Positions 49,613 through 58,632 of a DNA stretch of 64,000 nt are shown here, one piece after another (position 1 is the stretch's first letter; each line of letters starts with the position of its first letter). Both the position numbers and the translations under genes were made by a program. The notes under the pieces were generated by a model that was not told the DNA's origin, made no database searches, and worked only from the letters and a program-made list of their open reading frames with translations. Source of the stretch: an uncultured Vicinamibacteraceae bacterium (GTDB lineage: Bacteria; Acidobacteriota; Vicinamibacteria; Vicinamibacterales; UBA8438); assembly GCA_964342185.1 (NCBI GenBank), contig CAYFER010000013.1, forward strand, positions 4,598 to 68,597, read 5' to 3'.

Positions 49613-50767
49613 TTAGGTTGTACGTGTACTAAATGAACTGGCACGTAATCGCAACCGACCAACGTTCTTGCCAAAGATCATGACCTTATGACTACTTCCG
49701 AGGCCACCGGGTAGAAGTAGAGTTTTGAGGGCTAACCGACGTTTTAATTCTTGGACTGTGTTTCCTGAAGTAGGTGTTGCCATTGAACTCAAACCAAGAA
49801 GAAAATAGGTCTGATCAACGATCGTGAGGGTCTCGAGACCTACACTTTCGGCGGCTTGTTGAACTGCAGTTAAATCAACCTGTGCTGTGATGTCGACGGA
49901 CCCAGGATTCAGTAACCACGCAGCGTCCATGCCGGCTTGTGGTTGTGATATCACGTGACGTTCGTAAGTCGCTAGCGTCCCTGAAGCGTGGGTCGCTGAA
50001 TACAGTTGATTGGCAGCATGGCCATAATCGATTAGCACGAGAAATCCCAAGTCGAGAGCCCGACCGGCTTGTTCCATCCAACGGACGCTGGCAGGGCTTA
50101 TTTCGGCTCGCCAACCCGACTCCAGTGTTATGCCAAATCGGTCAATGTGCTCTAGTACGACCGAGGATGGAGGTCCGAGACGTTCGACGAATCGCTCTTC
50201 ATTATGCGAATCGAGGTCGACATAGACTTCTTTGAGGCCAGATTCTGTCATTACGATCCGATGTACCGGTAGCGCATCAAGAAGCTCGTTGGCGTAAATA
50301 ATTCCTGTAATTTTATTGGGAAGGGTGTCGGTCGATAGACTGAGTTTTTTGGTATGAGTGCCAAGACTCGCGATGTGACTGGCTCGTGCGGTTGCACTCT
50401 GTTCTACCAAGGTTAGTTGAATTGCTTTGTACAATTCAGGGTAGTTTTTGGCGGTTGCGTCAAGGACATCAGAGGCAAGGGCGCCATTCCCAGCACCGGC
50501 TTCGATCAGCATCAAGAGATCGGATTCAGAGTTCGCAAGTCGCCGAATCGATAACGACATCTCAGCGAACTGTTCAGCTAGTAGTTCGCCAAAGATCGTT
50601 CCGAGATCGACACTCGTGAAAAAATCGCCAGTTTGTCCCGAACGATGGTCGAGACGGGAATAGTAGCCATGCCGCGGATGATAAAGCGAAAGGTCCATAT
50701 ACTCCGCGAACGCAAGCGGACCATTTGAGCCAATCCGCCGAGCGATTATCTCGCGGAGTAACGACAT
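49613..50767 (-). CDS. SAM-dependent methyltransferase, NDUFAF7/MidA (DUF185) family
   Basis: 384 aa, FAEYMDLSLYHPRHGYYS, GAGNGALASDVL, ANELLDALPVH. Confidence 0.8.
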   Translation of the reverse strand: MSLLREIIARRIGSNGPLAFAEYMDLSLYHPRHGYYSRLDHRSGQTGDFFTSVDLGTIFGELLAEQFAEMSLSIRRLANSESDLLMLIEAGAGNGALASDVLDATAKNYPELYKAIQLTLVEQSATARASHIASLGTHTKKLSLSTDTLPNKITGIIYANELLDALPVHRIVMTESGLKEVYVDLDSHNEERFVERLGPPSSVVLEHIDRFGITLESGWRAEISPASVRWMEQAGRALDLGFLVLIDYGHAANQLYSATHASGTLATYERHVISQPQAGMDAAWLLNPGSVDITAQVDLTAVQQAAESVGLETLTIVDQTYFLLGLSSMATPTSGNTVQELKRRLALKTLLLPGGLGSSHKVMIFGKNVGRLRLRASSFSTRTT

Positions 50768-50785
50768 AGGCCGGGTGGCAGTCGG

Positions 50786-52306
50786 CTATTCCTTAAGTAC
50801 CTGTAGGAACACCCTGTTCGGGCCTCGTTGGACTAGTAAAAACGCAGTCCGACCAGATTCTACAAGGTTCAGTTCACGAATGGCATCGGCCGCACTTGCC
50901 ACGTTAACACGGTTCACGCTCACAATGACGTCTCCTGGTCGTGCTCCCCCAGCTTCTGCAGAACCGCCATTTTCGAGGTCGACCACGACGGCACCTTCCG
51001 TGTTATCGGGGAGGCGTAGACGGGCAGAAGTCTGTGGCGTCAAATCTTGCAATGTCATGCCGAAACCTTCGCTGAGGTTGTCTTCAACGGCTTCTGTCGG
51101 TTCGGCGGCTTCCGTGTCTAGGTCGAGTTCTTCTATGGTGACGTTGAGTGTGACTTCTTCCCCAGCCCGCATGACAATCACCGGAACGATTGTACCGGGA
51201 CGCGTTGCCACCACTTTGCTCTGCAAATCTTCTGTGTTCTCGATACGAGTACCGTTGTAGCCCACGATCACGTCACCTGGTTGCATATTGGCGGCATCAG
51301 CCGGGCCACCTTCCTGAACCGAAGACACGATCGCACCCATGCGTTCGGTTAGGCCAAGATCCTCAAATGAGTCCCGAGTCACATTCATTATCTGAACACC
51401 GATGCGACCACGGGTGACCTTGCCGCTTCGTAGTTCCGTTAGGAGTTCGCGCACGGTATTACTTGGAATAGCAAAGCCAATTCCTACGTTTGACTGTCGG
51501 TCGCTGACAATTGCGGTGTTAATGCCAACAACTTCTCCTCGGATATTGAGCAGAGGACCTCCTGAATTTCCTGGATTGATAGCGGCATCGGTTTGCAGTA
51601 CGTCCTGCGACCGACCTGGCACTGCCGTAAACGGTCTACCAATTGCAGAGATCACACCGACTGTCACTGTGTGGCCGAAGCCGAATGGGTTTCCAATAGC
51701 CATGACCCAGTCGCCGGGCGACATTTGTGAAGAGTCACCAAAGTTAGCTACTGCTAGCTGTAAATCATCTGGGAGTTCTGTGAGTTCGAGAAGGGCGCTG
51801 TCGGTAAGTGGGTCGCGGCCCAGAATCTCTGCTTCATAAAACACACCGTCCTCGTCGCCAAAAAAATCAATCTCGATCGTGGTGGCTTCTGCAACCACGT
51901 GGTTATTGGTCAAAATTAAACCACTGTCATCAATGACGAACCCTGTGCCAGCCGCCTGAACAGTTCGTTCTCTTGGTTGTTGTTCTTGCGGTTGTCCGAA
52001 GAATCGACGAAAAAGGTCGTCGTCGCCAAAAAAGTCGTTCAGTTGCGAACCTTCCTGTCTCGATTCCGTGCGGATATTTACGACCATGGCTGTTTGGTTC
52101 TTCGCAATCTCTCTGAACGTACCAGCATCGATCGGACCGTCTAGCGGCTCGCTGTTCATAGGCGGAACCGAGAAAGTCTGCGCAGATGGGGCAGGCGCCA
52201 TGTCGAACCGAGAGGCGATGACCATACCTATGGCCATCGACATTACCGCTATCAACCCAGCGGAAAATAACGTGCTTCTTCGTGTCGACATCATCTCCTC
52301 CAACAA
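50786..52306 (-). CDS. HtrA/DegP-family serine endoprotease with two PDZ domains
   Basis: 506 aa, triad contexts TNNHVV, DSALLEL, GNSGGPLLN. Confidence 0.92.
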   Translation of the reverse strand: MLEEMMSTRRSTLFSAGLIAVMSMAIGMVIASRFDMAPAPSAQTFSVPPMNSEPLDGPIDAGTFREIAKNQTAMVVNIRTESRQEGSQLNDFFGDDDLFRRFFGQPQEQQPRERTVQAAGTGFVIDDSGLILTNNHVVAEATTIEIDFFGDEDGVFYEAEILGRDPLTDSALLELTELPDDLQLAVANFGDSSQMSPGDWVMAIGNPFGFGHTVTVGVISAIGRPFTAVPGRSQDVLQTDAAINPGNSGGPLLNIRGEVVGINTAIVSDRQSNVGIGFAIPSNTVRELLTELRSGKVTRGRIGVQIMNVTRDSFEDLGLTERMGAIVSSVQEGGPADAANMQPGDVIVGYNGTRIENTEDLQSKVVATRPGTIVPVIVMRAGEEVTLNVTIEELDLDTEAAEPTEAVEDNLSEGFGMTLQDLTPQTSARLRLPDNTEGAVVVDLENGGSAEAGGARPGDVIVSVNRVNVASAADAIRELNLVESGRTAFLLVQRGPNRVFLQVLKE

Positions 52307-52427
52307 CTTGACTACATCAAACAGTTGGCATCCATAAAGATGCCCTTCCTAATAGATTACCTCAGTGTCTGGTCTTAGTGCGCGATTCGTCATCAACGTG
52401 TTCTCTTAAGACCCGTGTTAGCCGCTT

Positions 52428-53771
52428 TTACTCGCTCCCATTTGCAGTTAGCGACACGATCTTGTTTTGTAACGGTCCAGTAACCCACGCCGCACTTTCT
52501 CCTACATACATATTTATTTCCGATCGAATTCCGAAAGCCTTTTGGTAGATGCCTGGTTCTATCGTGAAACCCGTCCCGGGTAGTAACCGCCGGTCGTCAT
52601 GGGTTTCATAATTGTCCATGTGCACGCCGTTACCATGTACTGAAGCACCCAAACTATGTCCCGTTCGATGTACGAAGTATTGTCCCATCTGTTCTGCGGA
52701 AATCACGTCTCGCGCGGCACGGTCCACTTGCCACCCTCGAAGGTCTTTGCCCGTTAGATTTGATTCTTGTACGAGACCGATAGCAGCGTCGCGTGCGGCA
52801 CGGACCAATTCGAACACTCTTACGTACTCGGCCGGTACGTTAGCTCCAGTGTATGCCATCCACGTAATGTCCGCGAACACGGAACCTGGCTGGTCCAGCT
52901 TACCCCACAGATCCAAAAGCACGATGTCATCTTTCTCGATAGGACGGCAGCGCTGCTTTGTGGGCATATAGTGTGGATTTCCAGTACTTTCTTTTACGGC
53001 AACCACTGGAGGGGAGTCTGTGACTAATTTTTCATCTTTGAACCAGGTCATCATTACCTGTTGAAGTTCGAACTCGTCTAGCGTTGATGATTCTAGTCGT
53101 TCACTTATCAGAGTAAAGGCCTTGTCCTTGATGCGGTGCAGCTTGTCTGAGGCAGACTTATGGGAAGTCAGTTGAGCTTTGCTCCAAGTAGCTTCAAATC
53201 GCTGCACAAGGTCGCCTGAAGACACTACTTCGATGCCCATAGCTCGAACTGAATCAATGGTTCCCGCGTCAACCCGTGAGATATACGGTATCGCGCCACT
53301 GGGTGAATATTCCATGGCAAGGACCTTGGTTCCGGCTAGAAGTGTTTTGAGTCCTTCCTGCAGTTGATTGTGATCTGCGTAGAGGGAGTGTCTACCTGGT
53401 ACGTGGGCGAGACTAGTCGGTTCGATGGCATGCATCAATGACTGTGGGCTACCTGTCGCTGGAATCAGGCAGTACCATCGGCGTGTCGTCATTTTCGTTC
53501 TGGAATCAATTTCGACTACGGCGCCGGCGATTGGATTTGAGCCATGAAAATCGTACAGCAGCCAGCCATCCAGTCCGTCTTGTTGAAGAGCCGTTTGAAT
53601 AGCTTGAATATTAAGTGCCACGGTTCGAGTATAGGTCACATAATCAGGCTGAACGTCTGTGCCTATGAATTTAGACGACGGCAGCTCTGGAATCGTAACG
53701 AATTTTTTTCTACCTGCGACAGGTGAGGTAAGCGGGCGTCTCCATAACATCTTTTGAGATGCTTCCAACAA
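52428..53771 (-). CDS. M24-family Xaa-Pro peptidase
   Basis: 447 aa, HRTGHSLGASVHG, GFTIEPGIY, IRSEINMYV. N-terminal boundary uncertain. Confidence 0.82.
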   Translation of the reverse strand: MLEASQKMLWRRPLTSPVAGRKKFVTIPELPSSKFIGTDVQPDYVTYTRTVALNIQAIQTALQQDGLDGWLLYDFHGSNPIAGAVVEIDSRTKMTTRRWYCLIPATGSPQSLMHAIEPTSLAHVPGRHSLYADHNQLQEGLKTLLAGTKVLAMEYSPSGAIPYISRVDAGTIDSVRAMGIEVVSSGDLVQRFEATWSKAQLTSHKSASDKLHRIKDKAFTLISERLESSTLDEFELQQVMMTWFKDEKLVTDSPPVVAVKESTGNPHYMPTKQRCRPIEKDDIVLLDLWGKLDQPGSVFADITWMAYTGANVPAEYVRVFELVRAARDAAIGLVQESNLTGKDLRGWQVDRAARDVISAEQMGQYFVHRTGHSLGASVHGNGVHMDNYETHDDRRLLPGTGFTIEPGIYQKAFGIRSEINMYVGESAAWVTGPLQNKIVSLTANGSE

Positions 53772-53830
53772 TAGCTTAAATACGGGATCTCAGTTCAACC
53801 TGTGCGGTCGTAGCGATTCGAGACGTGTAG

Positions 53831-53872
53831 AAAAAGGTATGGCCCGGACGAGATGTGAATCTGGTCCAGGCC
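53831..53872 (-). terminator. weak terminator-like hairpin after the lipoprotein gene
   Basis: Minus strand GGCCTGGACC, 13-nt loop, GTCCGGGCC (one mismatch), then ATACC-TTTTT. Confidence 0.25.
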
Positions 53873-53919
53873 ACAAAAATGAAGCTACACGGAAAAATCA
53901 AAAAGTCTCGCCGAAATGA

Positions 53920-54537
53920 CTATGCTGCCGGTTCGGCCTCTTCTTCACCTTCTTCACCTTCTTCTTCCGGTTCGGGCTTAATGAATTCGGGCCACGTGTC
54001 AATGACTTCATCGTCCACGACAAGTTCGGGTTCGATGTCGCCATTTTGGTGTGAGAATTCGTAGTTACTACGATCCATGGCTGAATTCCGTGGCACCCGT
54101 AGTTCGATTTCGACAACCTCTCCTGCCATGATGGGTTCCCTGAATCGAACGCGGTCTCCCGTAACTGTGTTGCCGTCTGAATCAAACCAGAACTCGTCAA
54201 CCTGAAAACCGGCAATGGCGTTGGTGGCTCGGTTTTGGACCATAAAGGTCGTCACGATGAAATTGCTCTCACGGGTCGCCCTAGGCTGTGTATAACCGAT
54301 GTCGACAATTCCCCGTTGGGTTGCAACAAGCTCAGCATCGCTATTTTCAAGCCTGGTGGTGAGACTATTCGCAGCAGCGACGGCCTCAGCGCTAGGTTCA
54401 GGCACAGTTGCGCCGCCGGGACCTTGTTCCTCGCCCATTCCCTCGGCTTCCGATGAACCAGAGCCTCCGCACGCGGTTAGACTTAACATGCCAGCCAATA
54501 AAACAAAAAACACCGTGTTGGTGAGTTTTTCCATCAC
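53920..54537 (-). CDS. hypothetical lipoprotein
   Basis: 205 aa, lipobox LSLTAC, Gly/Ser/Glu linker, beta-rich core, acidic tail EPEEEGEEGEEEAEPAA. No family recognised. Confidence 0.7.
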   Translation of the reverse strand: MMEKLTNTVFFVLLAGMLSLTACGGSGSSEAEGMGEEQGPGGATVPEPSAEAVAAANSLTTRLENSDAELVATQRGIVDIGYTQPRATRESNFIVTTFMVQNRATNAIAGFQVDEFWFDSDGNTVTGDRVRFREPIMAGEVVEIELRVPRNSAMDRSNYEFSHQNGDIEPELVVDDEVIDTWPEFIKPEPEEEGEEGEEEAEPAA

Positions 54538-54581
54538 GCTCCTCCGAGCAATTTGTGTCTCTTAAACCGACACGAAACGAG

Positions 54582-54611
54582 AATTATAGGCCTGTCAGAC
54601 CAAAAATCTCA
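54582..54611 (-). promoter_or_regulatory. candidate sigma70-type promoter for the lipoprotein gene
   Basis: Minus strand TTGAGA (54611-54606), 18-nt spacer, perfect TATAAT (54587-54582); GGAGGAG Shine-Dalgarno before the ATG. Confidence 0.45.
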
Positions 54612-54631
54612 ACACTCTTCATGGTTTTGAG
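54601..54631 (-). terminator. terminator-like hairpin after the zinc-ribbon gene
   Basis: Minus strand CTCAAAAC..GTGTTGAG followed by ATTTTT; overlaps the -35 box of the next promoter. Confidence 0.3.
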
Positions 54632-54640
54632 GCTCGAAAT

Positions 54641-55099
54641 CTACATTTCGCCGTTCCAGTCTTCAGCTTCTGGGCTAATGGATCTGAAGATTTCAAGGTG
54701 CCACTTGCCACCTCCCCAAGGCTCAATTACTTCAGTGACCACGACATCTACCAGTAATTCCGAGAACGAACGACTTTCCGGTTCGCCCTCAAGATGATAA
54801 GCCGATTCGTCCCAGGCGAAGCTGGGATACAGAATTAAACTGAGAAAGAGGTCGTAACCATCATCTACAACGATCAGTTGGCCGCACGGACGTTTTTGAG
54901 TCGAGTGGTAAACCAGATATTTTTCCGCGCTTTGGGCTCGGATATATCGTTTTAGAGCAAACTCGCGAGCAACGATTTCTTCGACCGCAATTTTTTTGTC
55001 CCAGCAGTCCCGACAGTACTTTTCTTTGCCACGGGGCTCAGAAACGTTTCTTCCGCCGCAAAGTGCACATCTAGGCTGAGTTGCCGATCGGGGTGACAT
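54641..55099 (-). CDS. hypothetical protein with N-terminal CxxC..CxxC zinc-ribbon
   Basis: 152 aa, CALCGGRNVSEPRGKEKYCRDCW. No family recognised. Confidence 0.6.
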   Translation of the reverse strand: MSPRSATQPRCALCGGRNVSEPRGKEKYCRDCWDKKIAVEEIVAREFALKRYIRAQSAEKYLVYHSTQKRPCGQLIVVDDGYDLFLSLILYPSFAWDESAYHLEGEPESRSFSELLVDVVVTEVIEPWGGGKWHLEIFRSISPEAEDWNGEM

Positions 55100-55173
55100 G
55101 CCTCAATCTTATGGTTCCGTTCCGTGATTCGCAACCACGCCAGAAAGCACCGCCTCTTGTTAAACTGCTCCTG

Positions 55174-55575
55174 ATGGATGTACAACCGCCGACTCACTTG
55201 GGACTGCGTCACATAGCATTGGTCGTAACCGCATTCGCCGAAACAAAACGCTTCTACACCGAGTTGTTGGGGTTTCGAATCGAATGGGAGCCAGATGAAG
55301 ACAATGTTTACCTGACTTCAGGAAGTGATAACCTAGCGCTCCACCGAGCGATGGAGAAAAAAGGTTCTGCTGATACCTCGCTTGATCATCTTGGTGTTCT
55401 AGTGCGGCACGCCAGCGATGTTGACGCTTGGGCAGAGTTTTTTGAAAACCGCGGTGTTACATTGGCGAGTCAACCTCGTACGCATCGAGATGGGGCGCGT
55501 TCATTCTACGTGGATGACCCCGATGGTAATCGCGTCCAGGTTATTTATCATCCGCCTATTAGTAAATCCTCGTAA
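55174..55575 (+). CDS. VOC (glyoxalase/bleomycin-resistance/dioxygenase) family protein
   Basis: ATG 55174 gives MDVQPPTHLGLRHIALVVTAFAETKRFYTELLGF...FYVDDPDGNRVQV. The ORF-track start at 55081 overlaps the divergent gene. Confidence 0.8.
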   Translation: MDVQPPTHLGLRHIALVVTAFAETKRFYTELLGFRIEWEPDEDNVYLTSGSDNLALHRAMEKKGSADTSLDHLGVLVRHASDVDAWAEFFENRGVTLASQPRTHRDGARSFYVDDPDGNRVQVIYHPPISKSS

Positions 55576-55718
55576 CTGTGTGTTTTTAGAGGAGTCGGCG
55601 GATATTTTCAGGTGTTTCTATTTTAAGGGGCGTTTGAGCGCTGGTTGCAAGTGGGTGGAACCTACGCCACTAGTCGCATAATTGTTGCCCTCAAGATCTT
55701 GCATTCCATCGATTGTTG

Positions 55719-56636
55719 TTACCGTTGACCCCATTTCAACTTCTCATGTAACACGGCGAAGTAGCCTCTTGATTTGGCTCGAATGACCTTGAGTGCATGA
55801 GTGCCCCGTTCGACCGTTATGGTGTCTCCGTGGTTCAATTCCAAGCCTGACTGGCCATCAAAACTGACGTAGGCCGAGTGGTGTGAGCCACTCAATGTTG
55901 GAGTGATCCTTACAGCAGTATTGCTGGGGATAACGATAGGTCGATTAGTTAAAGTGTGGGGAGCGATGGGAGTTATGACTAATGCGTCAACTAAAGGGTG
56001 AACGATTGGGCCACCGGCAGCCATACTGTATGCAGTTGAACCCGTTGGACTAGCTATGATCAAGCCGTCCGAACGAAGTTGCGTAACGAATTGATCGCCC
56101 ACTCTTATTGTTAGGTCTATAATGCTTGATAGGGCAGACTTACTGACGACGACGTCGTTTAGCACAACGCGGTCGGTGATGGTCTGCATATCCCGAATTA
56201 CTTTTGACCGGAGCATTTGACGCTCATCGATGTCAGCAGTGCCGTCGATGATTGATTCGAGGGCTTGGTAAAGTTCCGGCAATGTAATCTCCGTTAGAAA
56301 CCCAAGACTACCGAAATTAATTGCAAGGATCGGAACGTCCTTTTCTGTTTCTAGCTCGGCAACATTTCTAGCGATACCAAGCAGTGTGCCGTCACCGCCC
56401 AAGACCACGAGCAAGTCAATTGTTGATGGTAGAGAGCTTCGAGAAAATGTTTTGGACTTGTCGAGACCTACAAGGTCGGCAGTTTCAGTCTCGATCATGA
56501 CTGTCACGCCACGTTCATACAACCAGTTCTTGATGTCACTAATCACTTCAGGCGCTTCGGGCAAACGCGCCTTTGCTACGATGCCGACAGCCTTGATCTT
56601 GCTTGACCCAGAATTTTGCCGAGTGTCTTCAGTCAT
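55719..56636 (-). CDS. nadK: NAD kinase
   Basis: 305 aa, VVLGGDGTLLG, NFGSLGFL, TGSTAYSMAAGGPI. Confidence 0.93.
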   Translation of the reverse strand: MTEDTRQNSGSSKIKAVGIVAKARLPEAPEVISDIKNWLYERGVTVMIETETADLVGLDKSKTFSRSSLPSTIDLLVVLGGDGTLLGIARNVAELETEKDVPILAINFGSLGFLTEITLPELYQALESIIDGTADIDERQMLRSKVIRDMQTITDRVVLNDVVVSKSALSSIIDLTIRVGDQFVTQLRSDGLIIASPTGSTAYSMAAGGPIVHPLVDALVITPIAPHTLTNRPIVIPSNTAVRITPTLSGSHHSAYVSFDGQSGLELNHGDTITVERGTHALKVIRAKSRGYFAVLHEKLKWGQR

Positions 56637-57376
56637 TTTCTCAGATGTAGAAAGAATTCGTGATTTCCCTGGGTGCCGGTAATCGGCGATTCAGTCATGC
56701 CGATGCGGCGCAGACCTATCTTGTGAGCTTCGGTTGCTACTTCGTCAACGACTCGTTGTTGTACTGTCAGATCAAGGACAACACCCTTTTTCCCAATTTC
56801 GTGCCGACGAGCTTCGAACTGTGGTTTTACTAGTACAACAACGTCAGCCTGAGGTTGTAATAGCGCCGTTACCCGTTCGATGATCCGCGTTGCAGAGATA
56901 AACGAAACATCGATCGTTATGATGTTGAAATTACGGCAGTCGACTGGCAGCATTTCTGCTCGAAGTCCTCTCGCGTTTAGTCCTTCGATTACGACAACAT
57001 CTGGATGCTTACGAAGCTTCCAGGCTAGCTGATTGTGTCCTACATCAAGCGCGACGACCCGTTTAATGCCCCTTGCGAGCATCACGTCGGTAAATCCTCC
57101 CGTCGAAGCCCCGATATCCAAGCCGATCCTGTTTTTAGGATCGATGCCGAAGGTGTCTAGAGCATGAACAAGTTTGACACCCCCTCGACCGACGTACGGG
57201 TGATCGGGTTTTGCCAGTGTAATAAATGCGCCGGGTGCTGTTGGATTACCTGCTTTTTCGACTACTTTTCCGTTGACGCTGACATGGCCAGCCAGCACCA
57301 GCGCCCGAGCCCGAGCCCGAGTTTGGGCGAGGCCACGTTCTACGACTAATGTGTCGAGTCTCACTTGTGAAGACAT
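56633..57376 (-). CDS. tlyA: TlyA-family rRNA 2'-O-methyltransferase
   Basis: 247 aa, S4 domain RLDTLVVERGLAQTRARARALV plus FtsJ fold DIGASTGGFTD. Confidence 0.9.
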   Translation of the reverse strand: MSSQVRLDTLVVERGLAQTRARARALVLAGHVSVNGKVVEKAGNPTAPGAFITLAKPDHPYVGRGGVKLVHALDTFGIDPKNRIGLDIGASTGGFTDVMLARGIKRVVALDVGHNQLAWKLRKHPDVVVIEGLNARGLRAEMLPVDCRNFNIITIDVSFISATRIIERVTALLQPQADVVVLVKPQFEARRHEIGKKGVVLDLTVQQRVVDEVATEAHKIGLRRIGMTESPITGTQGNHEFFLHLRK

Positions 57377-57383
57377 CTTATGA

Positions 57384-58364
57384 CTAATTCTGGCGAGTGA
57401 TTACCCAGTCGGCAATACCTGTCAAAGGACCGGCAAGTCCGGCGGTCGCCAATGAGGCTTTAGCTTGTTCGATTGAAGATAGGGACATGCGTCGTGACTT
57501 TTCGATGCCGAACATGCTTGGATATGTGGGTTTTCCCGCGGCCGCATCCTTTCCCACGGTCTTACCAAGGCTTTCTTCGCTGCTCTCCACGTCAAGAATG
57601 TCGTCAACGATCTGGAAAGCAAGTCCGAGGTGTGTCGCATAAGTTTCGACCGCTTGGACCTCTCTGGAACATCCTCCGATCATTGTTGCGCCTGCTACCG
57701 CAGCTGCCTTAATTAGCGCGCCAGTTTTTTGTTCGTGCATTGCCCTTAGCTCTGTTGGGCCAAAGCTTGGAGACGATTGATTGTCCTGGTTGGTTGACTG
57801 TGTCGAAAGTTGTCCTGCAGCTGCCAGGTCAACTACTTGTCCGCCAAGCATACCGGTCACACCGGCGGCCGTAGCGATGCACTCTACCACTCGAAGTTTT
57901 CGATCAATCAAGGAAGGGTCGTTGGTAGCTGGAAACTTTGCGAGTATTTGAAAGGCTTCTGTTAGAAGTGCGTCTCCTGCCAGAATGGCGAGACCTTCGC
58001 CAAAAACCACGTGGGCCGTCGGTCGCCCCCGTCGGAGAGAGTCATTGTCCATAGCTGGGAGGTCATCATGAATGAGCGAGTAGGTGTGAATCATTTCGAC
58101 CGCACATGCAGCGGGATGCAGGAGAAATTCACGATTCTTCGAGACAGAGGGTGCTACGGTATGTGCGGACGCTAAGGTCAATATAGGTCTAAGTCGTTTT
58201 CCTCCGGCGAACAAACTGTATTGCATGGCTTCAGTTACTTGTGATGGAGCCTCGACCTGAATGGCTAGCAGTTTGTGCAGAGCCTTGTCTATTTCTTCCC
58301 GACAGAGTTTCAAATAGGTTGCGATGTCGGTTATGCCAGTGGAATCGATCTTGTTAGCGGCCAT
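57384..58364 (-). CDS. ispA: polyprenyl (farnesyl/geranylgeranyl) diphosphate synthase
   Basis: 326 aa, LIHDDLPAMDNDSLRRGRPT and FQIVDDILD. Confidence 0.9.
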   Translation of the reverse strand: MAANKIDSTGITDIATYLKLCREEIDKALHKLLAIQVEAPSQVTEAMQYSLFAGGKRLRPILTLASAHTVAPSVSKNREFLLHPAACAVEMIHTYSLIHDDLPAMDNDSLRRGRPTAHVVFGEGLAILAGDALLTEAFQILAKFPATNDPSLIDRKLRVVECIATAAGVTGMLGGQVVDLAAAGQLSTQSTNQDNQSSPSFGPTELRAMHEQKTGALIKAAAVAGATMIGGCSREVQAVETYATHLGLAFQIVDDILDVESSEESLGKTVGKDAAAGKPTYPSMFGIEKSRRMSLSSIEQAKASLATAGLAGPLTGIADWVITRQN

Positions 58365-58371
58365 GGCAGGC

Positions 58372-58632
58372 TCATTCCGTTGAAGAAAGGTTGGAATCAG
58401 ACAGTTCGCTTGGCGCCGTTCGCACCTCGCCTTTGTCGGTAAGCACCTCGATTCGTTTTTCGGCTTCTTCGAGTTTCGTGTGACAGTAGCGCGATAACTT
58501 CACACCGCGCTCAAAGAGTTCAAGGGAACGCTCAAGACTGAGTTTGCCGTCTTCAAGGGTTGTTACAAGGGATTCGAGTTCGGTCAGTGCCGCCTCGAAA
58601 TCTTTTATGCTGGCCGTGGATTTGTCTTTCAC
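58372..58632 (-). CDS. xseB: exodeoxyribonuclease VII small subunit
   Basis: FEAALTELESLVTTLEDGKLSLERSLELFERGVKL. GTG 58632 overlaps the xseA TGA (GTGA); the ORF-track TTG 58653 is less likely. Confidence 0.88.
   Translation of the reverse strand: MKDKSTASIKDFEAALTELESLVTTLEDGKLSLERSLELFERGVKLSRYCHTKLEEAEKRIEVLTDKGEVRTAPSELSDSNLSSTE

Noticed and set aside
50775-51260. 161-aa plus-strand ORF rich in Ser/Thr/Ala/Arg, plus others at 51402-51839 and 52068-52337.
   Set aside because: They are antisense to the well-supported HtrA gene and show no motifs.
53940-53975. Short tandem CTTCTTCAC-like repeats.
   Set aside because: They simply encode the EEGEEGEEE acidic tail of the lipoprotein on the minus strand. 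They are not a repeat element or a CRISPR-like array.
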